A DNA stretch of 64,000 nucleotides from the human T2T-CHM13v2.0 reference genome, Homo sapiens (GCF_009914755.1 NC_060935.1); one strand, 5' to 3'. Positions 27,021-40,560 are shown, counted from the stretch's first letter. Notes: generated from the letters alone by a model not told the origin. Numbers and translations are program-made.

Positions 27021-27209
27021 TAGGGTTGCTAGATTCAGCCAATAAAACTACAGACTATGCAATCAAATTTAAGTTTCAGCAAAACATCACATATTTTTAA
27101 ATATAAACATAAACCACCTATTGCACGGAACATACATAAGCTAAAATTTATTCGCTGTTTATCTGCATTTTATTTAGTTTGATATACTGTATTTTCTCTT
27201 GCAACGCTA
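27021..27209. mobile_element. MER53 palindromic MITE
   Basis: Ends tagggttgctagatt..ttgcaacgcta, internally self-complementary as in MER53. Confidence 0.75.
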
Positions 27210-27227
27210 TTTCCAAAAGCATCTTAA

Positions 27228-27465
27228 GGGTATGGTATATATAGAATTTAAAAGTACAGACTTTGAAGCCAGGCTCAAACTTCACCTCTGATATCTTGTT
27301 GCTTATACAAAATCTGATTCCCTTCTCTGTTTGAATTTCTTATCTTAAACTAGGGGAAACAATAGTACCTACCCAATAAAGTTTTGAGAAAAATTAAATG
27401 GGTTAAAAGAGAAACTTTACTATAATACCTAAGATAATGTAAAAAAAAAAAAAGGTATTTTAGTA
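27228..27465 (+). mobile_element. MIR SINE
   Basis: cagactttgaagccagg..aatagtacctacc..attaaatgggttaa. Confidence 0.6.
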
Positions 27466-28464
27466 ATTTTCTGTAGCAGAGGACTTCTCACTTCTCACAC
27501 TGATTTATAATTGTTCATTTATCTTTGTTTCCTACATACCACGAGATATTTGAGAACATGGTATATTTTTTAATACTATATCTAAATTTACAACATTATT
27601 TTTGATACCTGGTATATATTCAATAGCTATGACCTCTGTCCCTCTGATAAATCAGAGTCTGTTCCTCTGATACTTTAATACAACAAATATCTGTTGAATA
27701 AATATATCTTTAGTAGATTTCTAAGTTACATCTGATATATTATTCTGTTCCATAGTGCACTGTTCATTTGTTTAAAATGTAAACTTATAGTCCCTACCTG
27801 AAGCCATCTTTATGGATATCCTATTAGCAGAGATTAGATGATCTGCTCTATTTCCTTTCTTATAAAATTTAGGGGGCAGAAGACCGGAATACCTACTTCA
27901 TAGAGAAGACCAAAGTGCCTCATGTGCCAGGGTAAAACACAGAGTGGGATGGCTCTTCTGTGAATGTCCTTCTCTGAATATTATCTCCTGTTTTAGTCGC
28001 CACTTTGTCTTTCATGGTTAGAGTTGGTCTGTGTCACTCTTCATAAGACGGCCACTTCACAGGCAGCCTCACATATCTGAATCCCAATGCTCTTGGGTTC
28101 ACGCTAATGTTCTGTTCTGGATCAAGCTTTTTTTTTTAATTATTATTTATTTATTTATTTTATTTTCCCAACCATTTTCTGTCAACCACTACTTAAAGCT
28201 TAATTGGAATGAAACTGAACTGGGGATTATCAGTCTTAGTTGTAATTTATAACTGCCTCACTGTTCTTCCAATATACCTGGAGAGCTTTCTAAGGTCACT
28301 GATGCTTCACAGAAGACTTGACAGTCACTCTAGTTACAAGCAATTCTGTTTGTTCACTCAGAGTTTCTCATTCTCATTTCAATGTCTCAAAAAAAAAAAT
28401 CACTGGAAACAAGGCTGTGGTTTCTACTTCTTATATAGTTATGCAATACAAAGGCGAGACTGAA

Positions 28465-28680
28465 TGCAACTATCATTTATTGTTTGCCAGGAGGGTTCAA
28501 GTATACGCTAAATGCTTTACATATGCTTTCTATTTTAATTCCCACAGCACGCCTGCAATATAGGTATTATTTTCCCATTTTATGTATCAGGAAAGGTGAA
28601 GTGGCTCACCCAAAGACACAGTCCTGCTAAGTGGCAGAGGTACATTCAAAATCCACATCTGTTTTCTCTGCACAGTATGA
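28465..28680 (-). mobile_element. MIR SINE
   Basis: catttattg..tgctttacata..taggtattattttcccatttta..cccaaagacacag..ctaagtggcagag. Confidence 0.65.
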
Positions 28681-29059
28681 GGTTTTAAGGACAATGTGTT
28701 TTAGGAGAAACCTGAGTTCAACTCCAGGTTCTGCTTTTAAATAACTGTGAACACTGCATCAATGCAATCAATGTAATTCATTTTAGTTCAATTCTACGTT
28801 TACTGAATACCTGCTGTATATAAGATTGTGCAAGATGCCACAAGAAATAAAAGTTGAAAAGGAAATGGTGTAGGTTCTCATCAAATTAAAAACACAGTAA
28901 AAAAGATTAGCTATACATGCAAAAGCTGCACTGGAAAACAAGATATGACAAGTCCTGTAAAATATATATAAATTGGTTACAGACATACAGAAAAAAAGAA
29001 AAGTTGTCAGAGAAGATCAGGAAAAGGAAAATTTGAGCAAGTCACTCAAGGCAAGGGAG

Positions 29060-29499
29060 TATTAATAGTTAATTTTGAATGTCAACTTGACTAGACTAAA
29101 GAATGTCCAGATAGCTGGTAAAACATTATTTCTGGGTGTGTCTATGAGGGTGTTTGTGGAAGAGATTAAAATTTGAATTGGTAAACAAGTAAAGAAGACC
29201 TTCACCAATGAGGTTGGCAGCATCCAATCCTTTGAGGGTCTAAATAGAACAGAAAGGCAGAGGAAGAGAAAATTTCCTTTCTGTTTGAGTGGGGATATCC
29301 ATCTTCTCCTATCCTGGAACATTGTTCTTCCTGGTTCTTGGGCCTTTGAACTAGGACTAAATTACCCTACTAGCTTTCTTTGTTCTCCAGTTTAAAGATG
29401 TCAGATCATGAGACTTCTCAGCCTCTGTAATCACATGAGCCAATTGTTAGAGTTCCAAAAATAATTATTTTTCTCTCTCTTCTCTCTCTCTCTTTCTCT

Positions 29500-29547
<48 letters not shown>

Positions 29548-29589
29548 CTCATATTGGTTTTGTTTCTTTAGAGAATCCTGAGCAATACA
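29060..29589 (+). mobile_element. MLT2B-like ERVL solo LTR
   Basis: gttaattttgaatgtcaacttgactag..cagatagctggtaaaacattatttctgggtgtgtc..gagaatcctgagcaataca. Confidence 0.88.
29472..29544 (+). repeat. (TC)n(TG)21 compound microsatellite inside MLT2
   Basis: TG run at 29503-29544 preceded by an interrupted TC run. Confidence 0.95.
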
Positions 29590-29609
29590 GCAGTTTCTCT
29601 TAGAGCTTG

Positions 29610-29845
29610 AGAGACAGCACTATTGAATTAGAGTGTCCTGGACTTATCCTAGCTTTACAGCTATTATGACTGTTAGCAAAGTGCTTAACCTCTTGCAGCC
29701 TTGATTTCTTCACTGTCAAAAAGGGATAATAATATTTTCACCTAATGAGAGTTTTCGGTGGTTGTGAGAAGCAGATATGCTAGATAGCATTTGTCAAAGC
29801 ACCTAGCACACCTGCTGACACAAAGTAAGCAAACACTCAATAAAG
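29610..29845 (+). mobile_element. MIR SINE
   Basis: gcttaacctc..tttcttcactgtcaaaaagggataataata..aaagcacctagcac..actcaataaa. Confidence 0.65.
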
Positions 29846-30300
29846 ATTAAAACTTAAGACAGGAGAATTAATATTTTTGATAAGCAGCATGGAGGATGGG
29901 AGGACAAAATTGAAATCTCCAGGGACAAAATAAGTAAAAACATAGAAGGCAAAAAAAAAAAAAAGGAAGAAATGTGTTTGTGAGACAGAATATATATAAT
30001 TGATGGTAGGATGTAAGCTGATTTGAAAGGGAGGGAGTAGAATGCAGTGTCAGGCTGATGGTATGAGAATGATCGAAGTGAGGTATGACAGGTGGTCCTG
30101 ATATGGTACTGCTCACAGAGGCTGGATTTACTGCGCGGGAGCAGAGCTGGCCAAAGGAGAACTGGCAGATCTTGGCAACTCTTGAGTTATGGTCTGGAAA
30201 GGGATGGGCTAAATCTAATCTTATGCTTTTGCCTTCTGTGTAACAGAGTCCTTCAAAGAGAAAGAAAAAACAAAACAAAACAAAAGATAAAGGTTGCCAT

Positions 30301-30312
30301 AAAAAAAAAAAA

Positions 30313-30353
<41 letters not shown>

Positions 30354-30354
30354 T
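30301..30354 (+). repeat. (A)n(TA)n(CA)n compound microsatellite
   Basis: Seen directly in the sequence. Confidence 0.95.
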
Positions 30355-33214
30355 ATGTATCTTTGGTTTGGTGCAACGTAAACTTCAGTTGATGAATGTG
30401 GAGCTTGAGAAGGAACTTTGTTACAGGAAATCTAACAGTGGATTGAGTGCTCAACTTACTCTGAATTCTATAATTATATGTTCTTTATAATCCTCACAAC
30501 ATACTATAAAATAGAAATCATAAGGATTATTATTTTACAAATGAAAAAACTGAAGTTTCAGGGGTTTTAGTCACCCATCTAAAGTCATGAAGCCACAATG
30601 TGGCTAAGCAAGAGTTTGCACCGAGGCCTAATTTCAGCACCCATGATTTTATCTAGTATACAGTACTGTCTCTCTTGAAAACAATCAATCCAAATAAGTT
30701 AAATCCATTGGAACATCTTAGTGTATGATGGTAAAAACAATCTAGATAATGATACAAAGTGATATCTTCAGTAAATTATTAATTACTCTAAAATGTCTTT
30801 GTTTTACTAGTAGTTTTGCTAATAAATATTAATCTCTAATAGACAGTTCACACTTAGCCAATCCATTTGATAATCAGTTTATTTATTATAGAGCCTTAAC
30901 ACAGTTATTATGTAGTTCTTTAAGGATCTGAACCAGGAGGATAGCATTTACAAAGCTGGGGTTTATAACCAGAGAAGATCATAGAATTTATGACAGTTGA
31001 TCTCTACACATAAGGGAATAATGAGTCTTTTTTAATCTAAGAGAACTGGAAAGTCTGGTTTTTGAAAGGGTTCCTTGGCAATTTAGATATTACCTCAGTT
31101 TTACAGAGGAGGAGAAGGTTCGGTGATCCTTTTCAAAAGCACATAGAATAAGTGTTATAAGTGTTATAAGTATTGGAACCGAGATTTAAATTTGGAAATA
31201 TTTTATTTCCATCCTAGAACTAGAGACAGATCATGAAGAATTGACAAGATTTGATCTTTATTTTCAAATAAAATACAGTCCAGTTGAAGAGTCAGGTATG
31301 TAAACACACACATGAAAAGAAACACAAGATGGAACAACTGAGCTCATTTGGGTAAGACTATTATATGAGCTCGAGTAAGAAAGCTCAGTAGGATTTTAGT
31401 CAGACAAAAGAAGGCAGTAGAAGGCATTTCAGACCAAAATAACAGAGTTGTAAAGGCATGCTGTTACTAAATGGTGTGTATTGAAAACAGGGGGTATTCT
31501 ATTTGTCTGTAGCATGGAATACGAGGAGATGGAGGGCAGAAGAAGGGCTACATTGTGAATAAGCTGAAATTTCGAACTAAAGGTTTTGAATTTTATTTTG
31601 GTGATGAGTAGGAAAAAATTAAGGGACAGAAATAGATGAATTCTAAAATTCTTAAACTGTATGTCTGTAAAGGAGTCATAGTGTAGAAGTTGACAGGCAT
31701 ATGATACATACAGAAATATGCTGATTCTCCTTTTCTGTTTCCAAGACTGACACAAGTAAAAGTAAAGCCATCAAACAAGAGTGCATTAGTGAAAACATCA
31801 CTGCCTATCAAAACATTTAGAACAAGGAAAGAAGAAGATATTTTTAGTCTGTGATTGTAATAGAATAGCTGTGAAACAGTTTGATATTCTAGTCTAACAA
31901 CTTTATAAAGCCACAGCAATGACTACTTTTATCTTCCCCATCAAAGATGATGCACTTTTAATGCTGAAACTATGGCCAAGAACTTGGTCCATTTCCAAAT
32001 TAACAAACAGCGCTAATGGATTTGAGCCCATAGAGTGGCTATCCTAAGAAACTTTCCAAGGTGAAGCGATCTTTATTATAATAAAAAGGAAACTATGGTA
32101 ACAGGCATAAAAAAATAAAATAAATAAGCAGTAATCTAAAAGGAACTTATATTGATAATGGTTGATATATAAATGTAGCATTCTTGGGGTAGCTCCTGGA
32201 ACAGATCTGAACACTCAAAAATATGTGTGTCCTCTGGTTTGAAAGAGCTCTTGTACACACTGCAGCATTATCATATGAGCACTAATAGGATTGGAAATGT
32301 ACATAGTATGTCCTTGAAAGATTGCCTACTAATCCAGTGACTTTCAGTTGAAAGTATGGGGGTAGGAAAAAAAAACAGAGAACAAGTCAGAGAGTTAATG
32401 CAATGAAACTGGAGAACCAGTAAATAGTAATTTTAAACAGATAATAGATTTCCTGGATCGAAGACTATTCAGGTTAGAATATTGTAATTTTCAAATTAGT
32501 AATCAACACACATTAAAGGTAGAATACTGATTTCATTTGTTTAATACTATAGAAGCAATGAATCCAGAAATCATAAAGAAATGTTCAGTCTATATAGAAC
32601 CATCATTTTTTTATCTTTGCTGCATCAAACTCTATCCATCTTTTTTTTTCAAGAAGATAAAGTATAATTAACGCATCCAAGAGTTATCCCCTGGCATAAA
32701 GCCCTGCCTTCAATGCCATCCAATCCAAGTGAGGAAAAGAAGTAGAGGTGGGTTAGAGGAAAGAGTGTTGGTAAGGAGAAAACCAGCAATTCCTGCCACA
32801 CTTTCTATAAGCTGTTACTGGTCAGCCTTTGGAAATGACATCTTAAAGTTGTGGATTCTGGCACTCACCCTGTTCTTGATTAAAACATAACATCTTAATT
32901 ATCTAGATGTCTTTTCACCAACTGCACTAAGTTCTGCAATAATAGGGACACTATTTAACCACCTCAGCACTTCTGGTAAGAAAGCAGCTACTGGCTGGCC
33001 TCTTACTGGGAGACTGTTTTTTTGTTTTTTTTGTCTTTTTTTCCTTCTGAATCTCAACACAATTTCCTTCACTTCTCTACCTTAAATTTGCTAGCATTAA
33101 AATGATGTATAGCATCTGTGCAAAATGAATATTTATAAGATTCATACCCTTCTCCTTAATGTCACTTCACTGAATATAACAATAAGCTTCTGTTTCTTTT
33201 TTTGAAATATGTTA

Positions 33215-33452
33215 ACAATAATACTAGCAGCAACCATGTATTGAGTGCTTACCTTGAGCCAGGTATTATGTCGAGAGCTTTTGCATATCCATTTAATCCT
33301 CACAGAAGTTCTCTGGGGTATTATGGTCATTCTCATTTAACAGCTGGGGAATCAGGTAAAGGTATGAGTAACTGTCCCATGATTTTACAGTCATGCCTAA
33401 TAGGTTGGGATTTAGCCCAATATTGTTAGATATCAGAGACCTTTCTTTTAAC
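33215..33452 (-). mobile_element. MIR SINE
   Basis: tattgagtgcttaccttgagccagg..atttaatcctcaca..tctcatttaacagctgggg. Confidence 0.7.
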
Positions 33453-33735
33453 GAGTGATTCCCAAATTTCTGTCCCTTTGAATATTAATTCCTTAGGTTG
33501 CTCTACAAAAAAAAGTGATCTGAGATCAAATAAATTTAATAAACACTGCATATTATGTTTTTCCCTTAGAGATTTAAAATGCATATTAGGGCAATAAAAG
33601 TTACAAAAAGGCATACAGTCAAGAAACCAGTTTAATTTTGATTAGCTATAAATTTTCCTAATTTATTTGAGCATGGAAACTCATGTATTCTCTGTAAATT
33701 ACCTTATACATCACCCACTTTGGAAAATATTGCCA
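33453..33735. mobile_element. hAT-Charlie MITE (MER103-like)
   Basis: Ends agtgattcccaaa..tttggaaaatattg; internal aagaaaccagtttaattttg. Confidence 0.45.
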
Positions 33736-34764
33736 TACTTTTTTCTCTTGAGTCAATAATTATAAGTCTCTTTGACTTGCCATTGTCTACTTTTTTATCT
33801 GAATATGACTTGCTTAATTACTCCACCTTCTAAAGCCTATCTTAATGGAAATGGTGCCACCCTTTTTTGACCAGAAAGCTCCTATTGATAGATGAGTAAA
33901 GTTGTAACTAAACAATAATCTTATCTCCTTACACTCCTCCCCTTCCTTATCATCTTCCCTCCATCCCCTGTCTTGGACCTTACTAATTTTGACTGGATCT
34001 TGAAGTTATAGCCAAGACATGGTCTGCACCAGAAGGTCTCCCAGAAACACATTACCCTTCAGGTTGAATGAGAATCTTATCTCCTATGGTACTATGGTAC
34101 ATAGTTCTGAATGGTATGTGGCTTTTAATTCAGCTCTTGAACACGTCAGTATCTGCTACAAAGAAATGTGTAGAATAAGGAGCATGGAATCACAAAATTT
34201 GTAGAATTCCTGGAGGCAGTGAATCCAACATAAATTTTACACTCTCAAATACATTAACTACTCTGGCAGATCAAACCCCTTTATTTCTTGAAAAGGTATT
34301 TACAAATTAAAATTAAAGGTCTTCACATTGGCCTTTGATACTGTTAGCAATATGTACCCTATCAACTGTTGCGGCTTTACTTAGATTTGTAATTCTTTCT
34401 TTTCCAACTCAAGTCTTTTCATTCTTTTTCTACACATGCAGCATGAATATTAGAATGAACATAGATTCTAGGGACAGGCAGAATACCATTAAGCAAAAAA
34501 GCAAACACTACCAAGTTAATTTGCTATCTTGTGCCTCATTTTCCCCATCTGTAGCCTAAACAAAAATTAACTTTCACAATTGTTATTGTTGTGAAATCAC
34601 CTGGCACCTAATTAGTGTTTAGTCCATGTTAGCATTCTTTTCAGTGTCAAAACTTTTATTCATGCCCTTCTTGCTATCTGAACCATAATTTGCTAAGACT
34701 CTTTCTGAAAGTTTAAGGTTGTTATGAGCTTGTTTATGAAGCTTACCTTTAAAGCCAAACAAAG

Positions 34765-34985
34765 TGAAGCAATAGAAAGGATGTAGTATTTGCAATCAGA
34801 CAAACCTAGGCCTGAACTCTTGCCATCTCCATTTCTTGACTATGTAACTGTAAGTAAGTTATTTAGCCTCCCAAAAGTTCAGTTTTCTTATCTCTAAAGT
34901 CAGGAGTACAACATCCACCTCATGAGGTTACATCAGGCATTAAGTAGAATAGCAAAAAAGAAATGTCTAGTATTGTGCTACTGTT
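34765..34985 (+). mobile_element. MIR SINE
   Basis: aatcagacaaacctagg..taagttatttagcctc..cagttttcttatctctaaag..cacctcatgaggtt. Confidence 0.65.
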
Positions 34986-35844
34986 AATCTCTATCATTTC
35001 GTGCAGTGTTCAACCATAGCATTATTTCTTGACAAATGTAGTGACTGAGTAAGAAAATGTTTCTTCCAGTTAATGCTAGAGATTAAACTGAAGGAAATCT
35101 ACCACAGTGTCCTAGAAGTTGATGAGATTTACCAGAATTGATTTTAGCTCTTCCATGTAGGTTTGGGGAGTGCTGCAGTCAGGAGGGACAGAAGAATGTG
35201 AAAATAGATGAATATTCCAGGCTTCCAGGGTTCATGCAACCCAATCATCAAACTCATATTCCCAGAGCAAGGCTACTTATCCCTGTTGCGCTTGGCAGAG
35301 GAACAAAGAATTCATGAGCTATCTTTGCCACAGAATTAGACACTGAAGCCTGGAATTAAATCAAAGATGGTCTTTTGCCCTTCCCCTTGGTAGTGAAGCC
35401 ATGTACTTGTGTAATGTCTTGTTTCTTCGAAATTTCAGAATGCATTTCTGAGAGTAGGGACATGGGAAGAACCTTTTCACTCAATGGATGAGTTACTGCA
35501 ACTGATGCTTCAGTTTTTCTACTTGCTGCTAAAGCTTCACTTTTTCAATCCATCCAGCAAGTATCATTCTAGATTGACCTTCTTCAGTTTCCTTTATCAT
35601 GGCATTCCAGAACTGACTTACATCACACCAATACTGATTGGCCTAGATTCCAAAACCATATATAATGACCCTGATATTTTTATTAGCATATTTTCCAATT
35701 TCCAGACTTCTTAGTCAACACTCAGAACAACTGTAAATTGCTCTTCTAATAAGTTTCTGTTCTAAAAATAATAAAAGAGCTTACTGATGCTGTGAACAAC
35801 TGCTTCAAGTAAAAACAACATAGGCACAATTCCTGTATAGTCTA

Positions 35845-36142
<298 letters not shown>

Positions 36143-36167
36143 TAATATATTATTTTCTAATACCTTA

Positions 36168-36690
36168 CTTTTTAAAATAGCTTTATTGAGATACAGTTAA
36201 CATATCTTACAATTCATCTGTTTAAAATGTACAATTAGTTTTAGTATATTTGTAGAGTTGTGCAGCCACCACCATTTTAGAGTCCATTTTAGATTTTTAT
36301 CACCTCAAAAAGAAACCCTCTACCCATTAGCACACACTCTGTCATCCCCCTCCCAACTAGACAACCACTAACCTACTTTAATTCTCTATGGCTTTGCATA
36401 TTCTGAATATTTCATATAAATGGAAACACACAATTTGTGATCTTTTAGAACTGGCTTCTTTCACTAAGCAAAATGTTTATCCGTGTTTTATCATGTATCC
36501 ATACTACATTCTTTTGTGGTGTCAAATAATATCCTATTGTATAGATATACCACACTTTACTTTTTCATTCATCAGTTCATGTACATTTGTTTCCATTTTT
36601 TGAAATAATGAATAACGTGTACAAGTTGTTGAGTGCATATATGTTTAATATTTGGAGGAAATGCCAAACAATTTCTGAATTGGCTTTTGC
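36168..36690 (-). mobile_element. L1MB-type 3' end
   Basis: agctttattgagata..tttaaaatgtacaatt..catattctgaatatttcatataaatgga..ctggcttctttcact. Confidence 0.85.
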
Positions 36691-38416
36691 AAGCCAATGC
36701 CTCATTCGAAGTAGAAAAGAAAGTTAATTTTGTAAGCTTAATAAATTATGGTTTTTATTATTATTAGAAAAAGATGAACCAGAGGGATTGACAACAGGTT
36801 ACAGAAACAGTGAGAAGCCCAGTGTTAAAATTTATTTTTTTAACCTCTAGTCATGTGTTCTTCCACCTATAACTTTCTGAAAGAAGCACATTGCAATGTA
36901 TGATGATGTTGCTTAGGTCTTTTCACCTTATTTTGTTCCAAGCCTCATTTAAACTGCGTAAAAGGACCCAGTATGATACACAAAGCAATTTGTAAGAGAG
37001 AGGACAGAATAAGAAAGTTCCAGGTTATGCAATAATAAACTAAAATGATATTTCTCCACTTTCTAAAGAAAAAACCCTCTCAGATATAGTGAATAAAGCC
37101 AAATTAGTAAGTCTTTGTGATGAATTGAAATGCTTAACTGTGGTGAGTCTTATATAATTTTGAGATTTTGAGAGAGAGCAAGAATACTCAAGGTGAAGTG
37201 AAATTATTATCAGGCTTTAGTGTATATGAATACAACCTGGACTTACTTGTTAGAATTGGATATTCCTGGAACTTGTGACATGCATCCCGCAGAGATTCTG
37301 ACCCAGTATGTGTGGGGTGGGGCCAAGCAAGTTGCACTTTAAACAAGTACATGGGGATTGTTTAAATCAGATGTTCTATAGATAGTATTTTTTGGTAATA
37401 CTGGTAGGATAGACTGAGCTTTGAAATTAAACAGGTGAAATTTAAATCCTTGCTTACCCATTGGCTTGGTAACACCTGCCAGTTTCATAGAATAGATGCA
37501 CAAATTTTCAATTTCATTAATAGTCACTTCACAGAGCTTCCGTGAAGGTGCAATGAAAAAACCCATCACATATCATTACATATATGTAAAGGATCTGGCT
37601 TTATCTAATGTTGGCTTCCTTCCTGCTTCCATAAACCAGAGTCATAAGTGACTGATAGAAACGGGCTTATACAACTGTGCAAAATGATTGTTGCTTTCTT
37701 TTACCTTTTTTTCTTGGGGCCAACCTCACCTCTTCTCCTGATTTCTTCATTGTGAGCATCCTGCCTCAGCCCATGAGAAATTTGAAAACCCTCTCATTTA
37801 GGTGAACTAGCTGCAGCTGCAAACCTGATAGAGGGAACAAGGTACTATATATGCCCAATGTTGATTAGCATCGCTGCAACTCATTATTCTGATCAGCCAG
37901 AAGCAATTTACAATCATCTTTAAGCAAGTGCACATCATTTTCCTAATTGACTTGCAGGAGCTTTGACACAACAACTTGTTGTAGCTGTCAATCACTGTCA
38001 AAAGATAGAGGAGGAGGAGGCCCTTCTGGAGAGAAAAGCAAAGGCACAGTGCCTGTCCACAGTGGACTGACTGTAGCCAGACAGGAGCTCAATGTGGAGC
38101 AGTCTGTCTATACATCCTTTTCTAAGTTGCTGTTCTTCAAGCCTTACAGAATAATCTCTTTTAGATGGAGAAAAGGACCAGAGAGAAGGCAGAACTCAGT
38201 GATGCTATTACCTGGTTTAAAGAAGCATGCAATAAGAATGACAGGTTTGAGCCATACGTTTCTGAGCCTCAGATTTTAATATTTGTTTATTTTTCCCCTT
38301 CTATAACATCTCTTATTTTTGCTAGCTATAATATAAAAAATAATTGGCAGGCAAAATCATTCATTCTTTGAAAGAATTATACATTTTTGGATGACTCCAG
38401 AGATATAGCAGATACA

Positions 38417-38444
38417 TAGATAGATAGATAGATAGATAGATAGA
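38417..38444 (+). repeat. (TAGA)7 STR
   Basis: Seen directly in the sequence. Confidence 0.9.
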
Positions 38445-39964
38445 GCTTAAATATTTTCTGAAACAAATAGAAATAAGAATGTTTAAAATGTATGTACTTA
38501 ACATAATATTTATTTGAATAATTGGGAAAGGGAACATGGTCTAATTTTTGTATCCATAATACCTAAGAAAGTGAGGAGTGTGAGAATATAGTAAATGACC
38601 TTGAAACAAAAATATAACAACAACAAAACGAAAGCAAAATGTTGAACAACTGGTATTAAATAAATGTTACTTCCCAAATGTATTATTAGTTTTTGTCTTG
38701 GCAAAATGACATGAACAATATCAACCATAAAATATTTTCATGCAAATTATAAGAACCAATTATTGTAAAAGCACTTTGAAAAGTACAAAGTTGGGAGCAC
38801 AGGCAATGTATTAAAAAAAAAAGCAAAGGGAATCTTCATGAGGAAGTTGGCTTGGGTTCTAGTTCTGCCAAAAATGGGTAGTGTAACTTAAATACATTAT
38901 TTTTATTTCTCAAATAAATAAACAATGTCGGGAGTTATGATAATTAAATAATATAATGCATATAATATGTAAACAAGATTCTCTGTATGCTATGGGTGCT
39001 CCATAAATGGTACTTGTAATGTTTATTGAAGATTCATATAAGGGGAAATATGCTTTTTGTTGTCTATTAGGTAAAAGTTTTAAATGTCAGTTATTTGAAA
39101 GAAACAACTTAAATGAACTGTTCAATGCATCTGTGTTTTTAGTCATGTGATTGCAGTTGTTTGAATACTGCCCTGTGCTAGACCCATGTAAATAAACACA
39201 CAATACTCTGAGATGGCCTCAGCACATCGGAAAAAGTGCCCTTAACATAAGAAAGCAGGTAAGTGAAACACAGATGTTCAGAATGCCAGGCTGCGTGGTC
39301 CAAACTCAGTGTGCGAGCATTTAGAGATAGTAGTGACAAAAGCTGAGCTACTTTCTCCTTTACCTGGTTGTAAATACTAAAAGGTGGCTTTGTTTTCTAT
39401 AAAGTAGTCATTAACCATGTTTTTTGAAGATATCCTATAGCAGGCTAAGTTGTGTACAATGAACCCATGCTAGATATTATTTCCATGAGCGCAGAAAATA
39501 TCATTCTTTACTTTTGTCATTTACCTGAGGATCAAGAGCAGTTCTTTGCAGATAAAAAGGTTTTCATAACTATTTGTTAATGTGTGAATAAAATCAACTT
39601 TCTAAAATTTAAAGCACTGAATAAATTGCACTTCTATATCCTGGGTTTGCATCTTTCTCCCCTCATCACAGTTTAACATGCTGCTTTTTTATGAATTTGT
39701 CAGTACCTCTTAGTATCTAGTAAAGGCCAAGAGGATAGGTACCTTATTTTACTCTGCTCTTAGGACCCAGATCAATGACAAATGCCTACAATTTGTATTT
39801 ATTTGTTGTTAAGTCTGTCTTCTCCTTCTGTACATGTTTAGTTTCCTAAATGCCCTGAATTGTGAACATTCACAGTCATCTATGTGCATGTATGCACAGT
39901 CGTCTATGTGCATGTGCACATGCATATGGACTTGTTCAGCACTATTTGAACTGTTGGAGTGTTT

Positions 39965-40330
39965 AAGTCTGTAGGCTCATGTCTTTTAATGTTCTGGAAC
40001 ATTCTCAGCCATTATTTCTTTAAATATTGATTCTCCTTCATTTTTTTTTTGTCCCCTTCTTAGCGGAACTTAAAATAGATGGATATAGAAATTCTGGATC
40101 TGTCCTCCTTAGCGTTTAACTTTTCTTCCATAATTTCCATTTTTCTCTTTGCACTGCTATCTGGGAGAATTGTTAACTCAATCTTTCAGAGCATTAGTTT
40201 ACTATTTAACTGGATCAAGTCTACTTTTCAGTTTTCTGTTTCACTGCAGCTGTGATTTTTTTATTTACATGATCTCTAATTGTTTTTATGTTGTAACTAT
40301 CTTTTATGTATATCTTCTGTTCTGAAATTA
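39965..40330 (-). mobile_element. Very old L1/HAL1-type fragment
   Basis: ttctggaacattctcagccattatttctttaaatattgattctcc, typical of reverse ancient L1 5'/ORF1-region sequence. Confidence 0.5.
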
Positions 40331-40560
40331 TATAAGTGAATTCCTCATTCTCGTTATATATCAGATGATATAAAATATTATCCTTCCATTTATATTTTAA
40401 GGAAGCTATTTCTTCTACTTACATTTTAGATTTTAGATCTTGTCACATTTGCCTTCCCTGAATTTTATATATTTTTTTATATTCAACCCTTACGTTTCTC
40501 CCTTTATTCTTCTCATCACAATTTAAAGATGCTCATTTTTCCACTTAAAAAAATAAATCT

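Noticed and set aside
29868-30490. 160-aa and 132-aa overlapping ORFs
   Set aside because: Run through A/TA/CA microsatellites; low complexity, with no splice or coding signature
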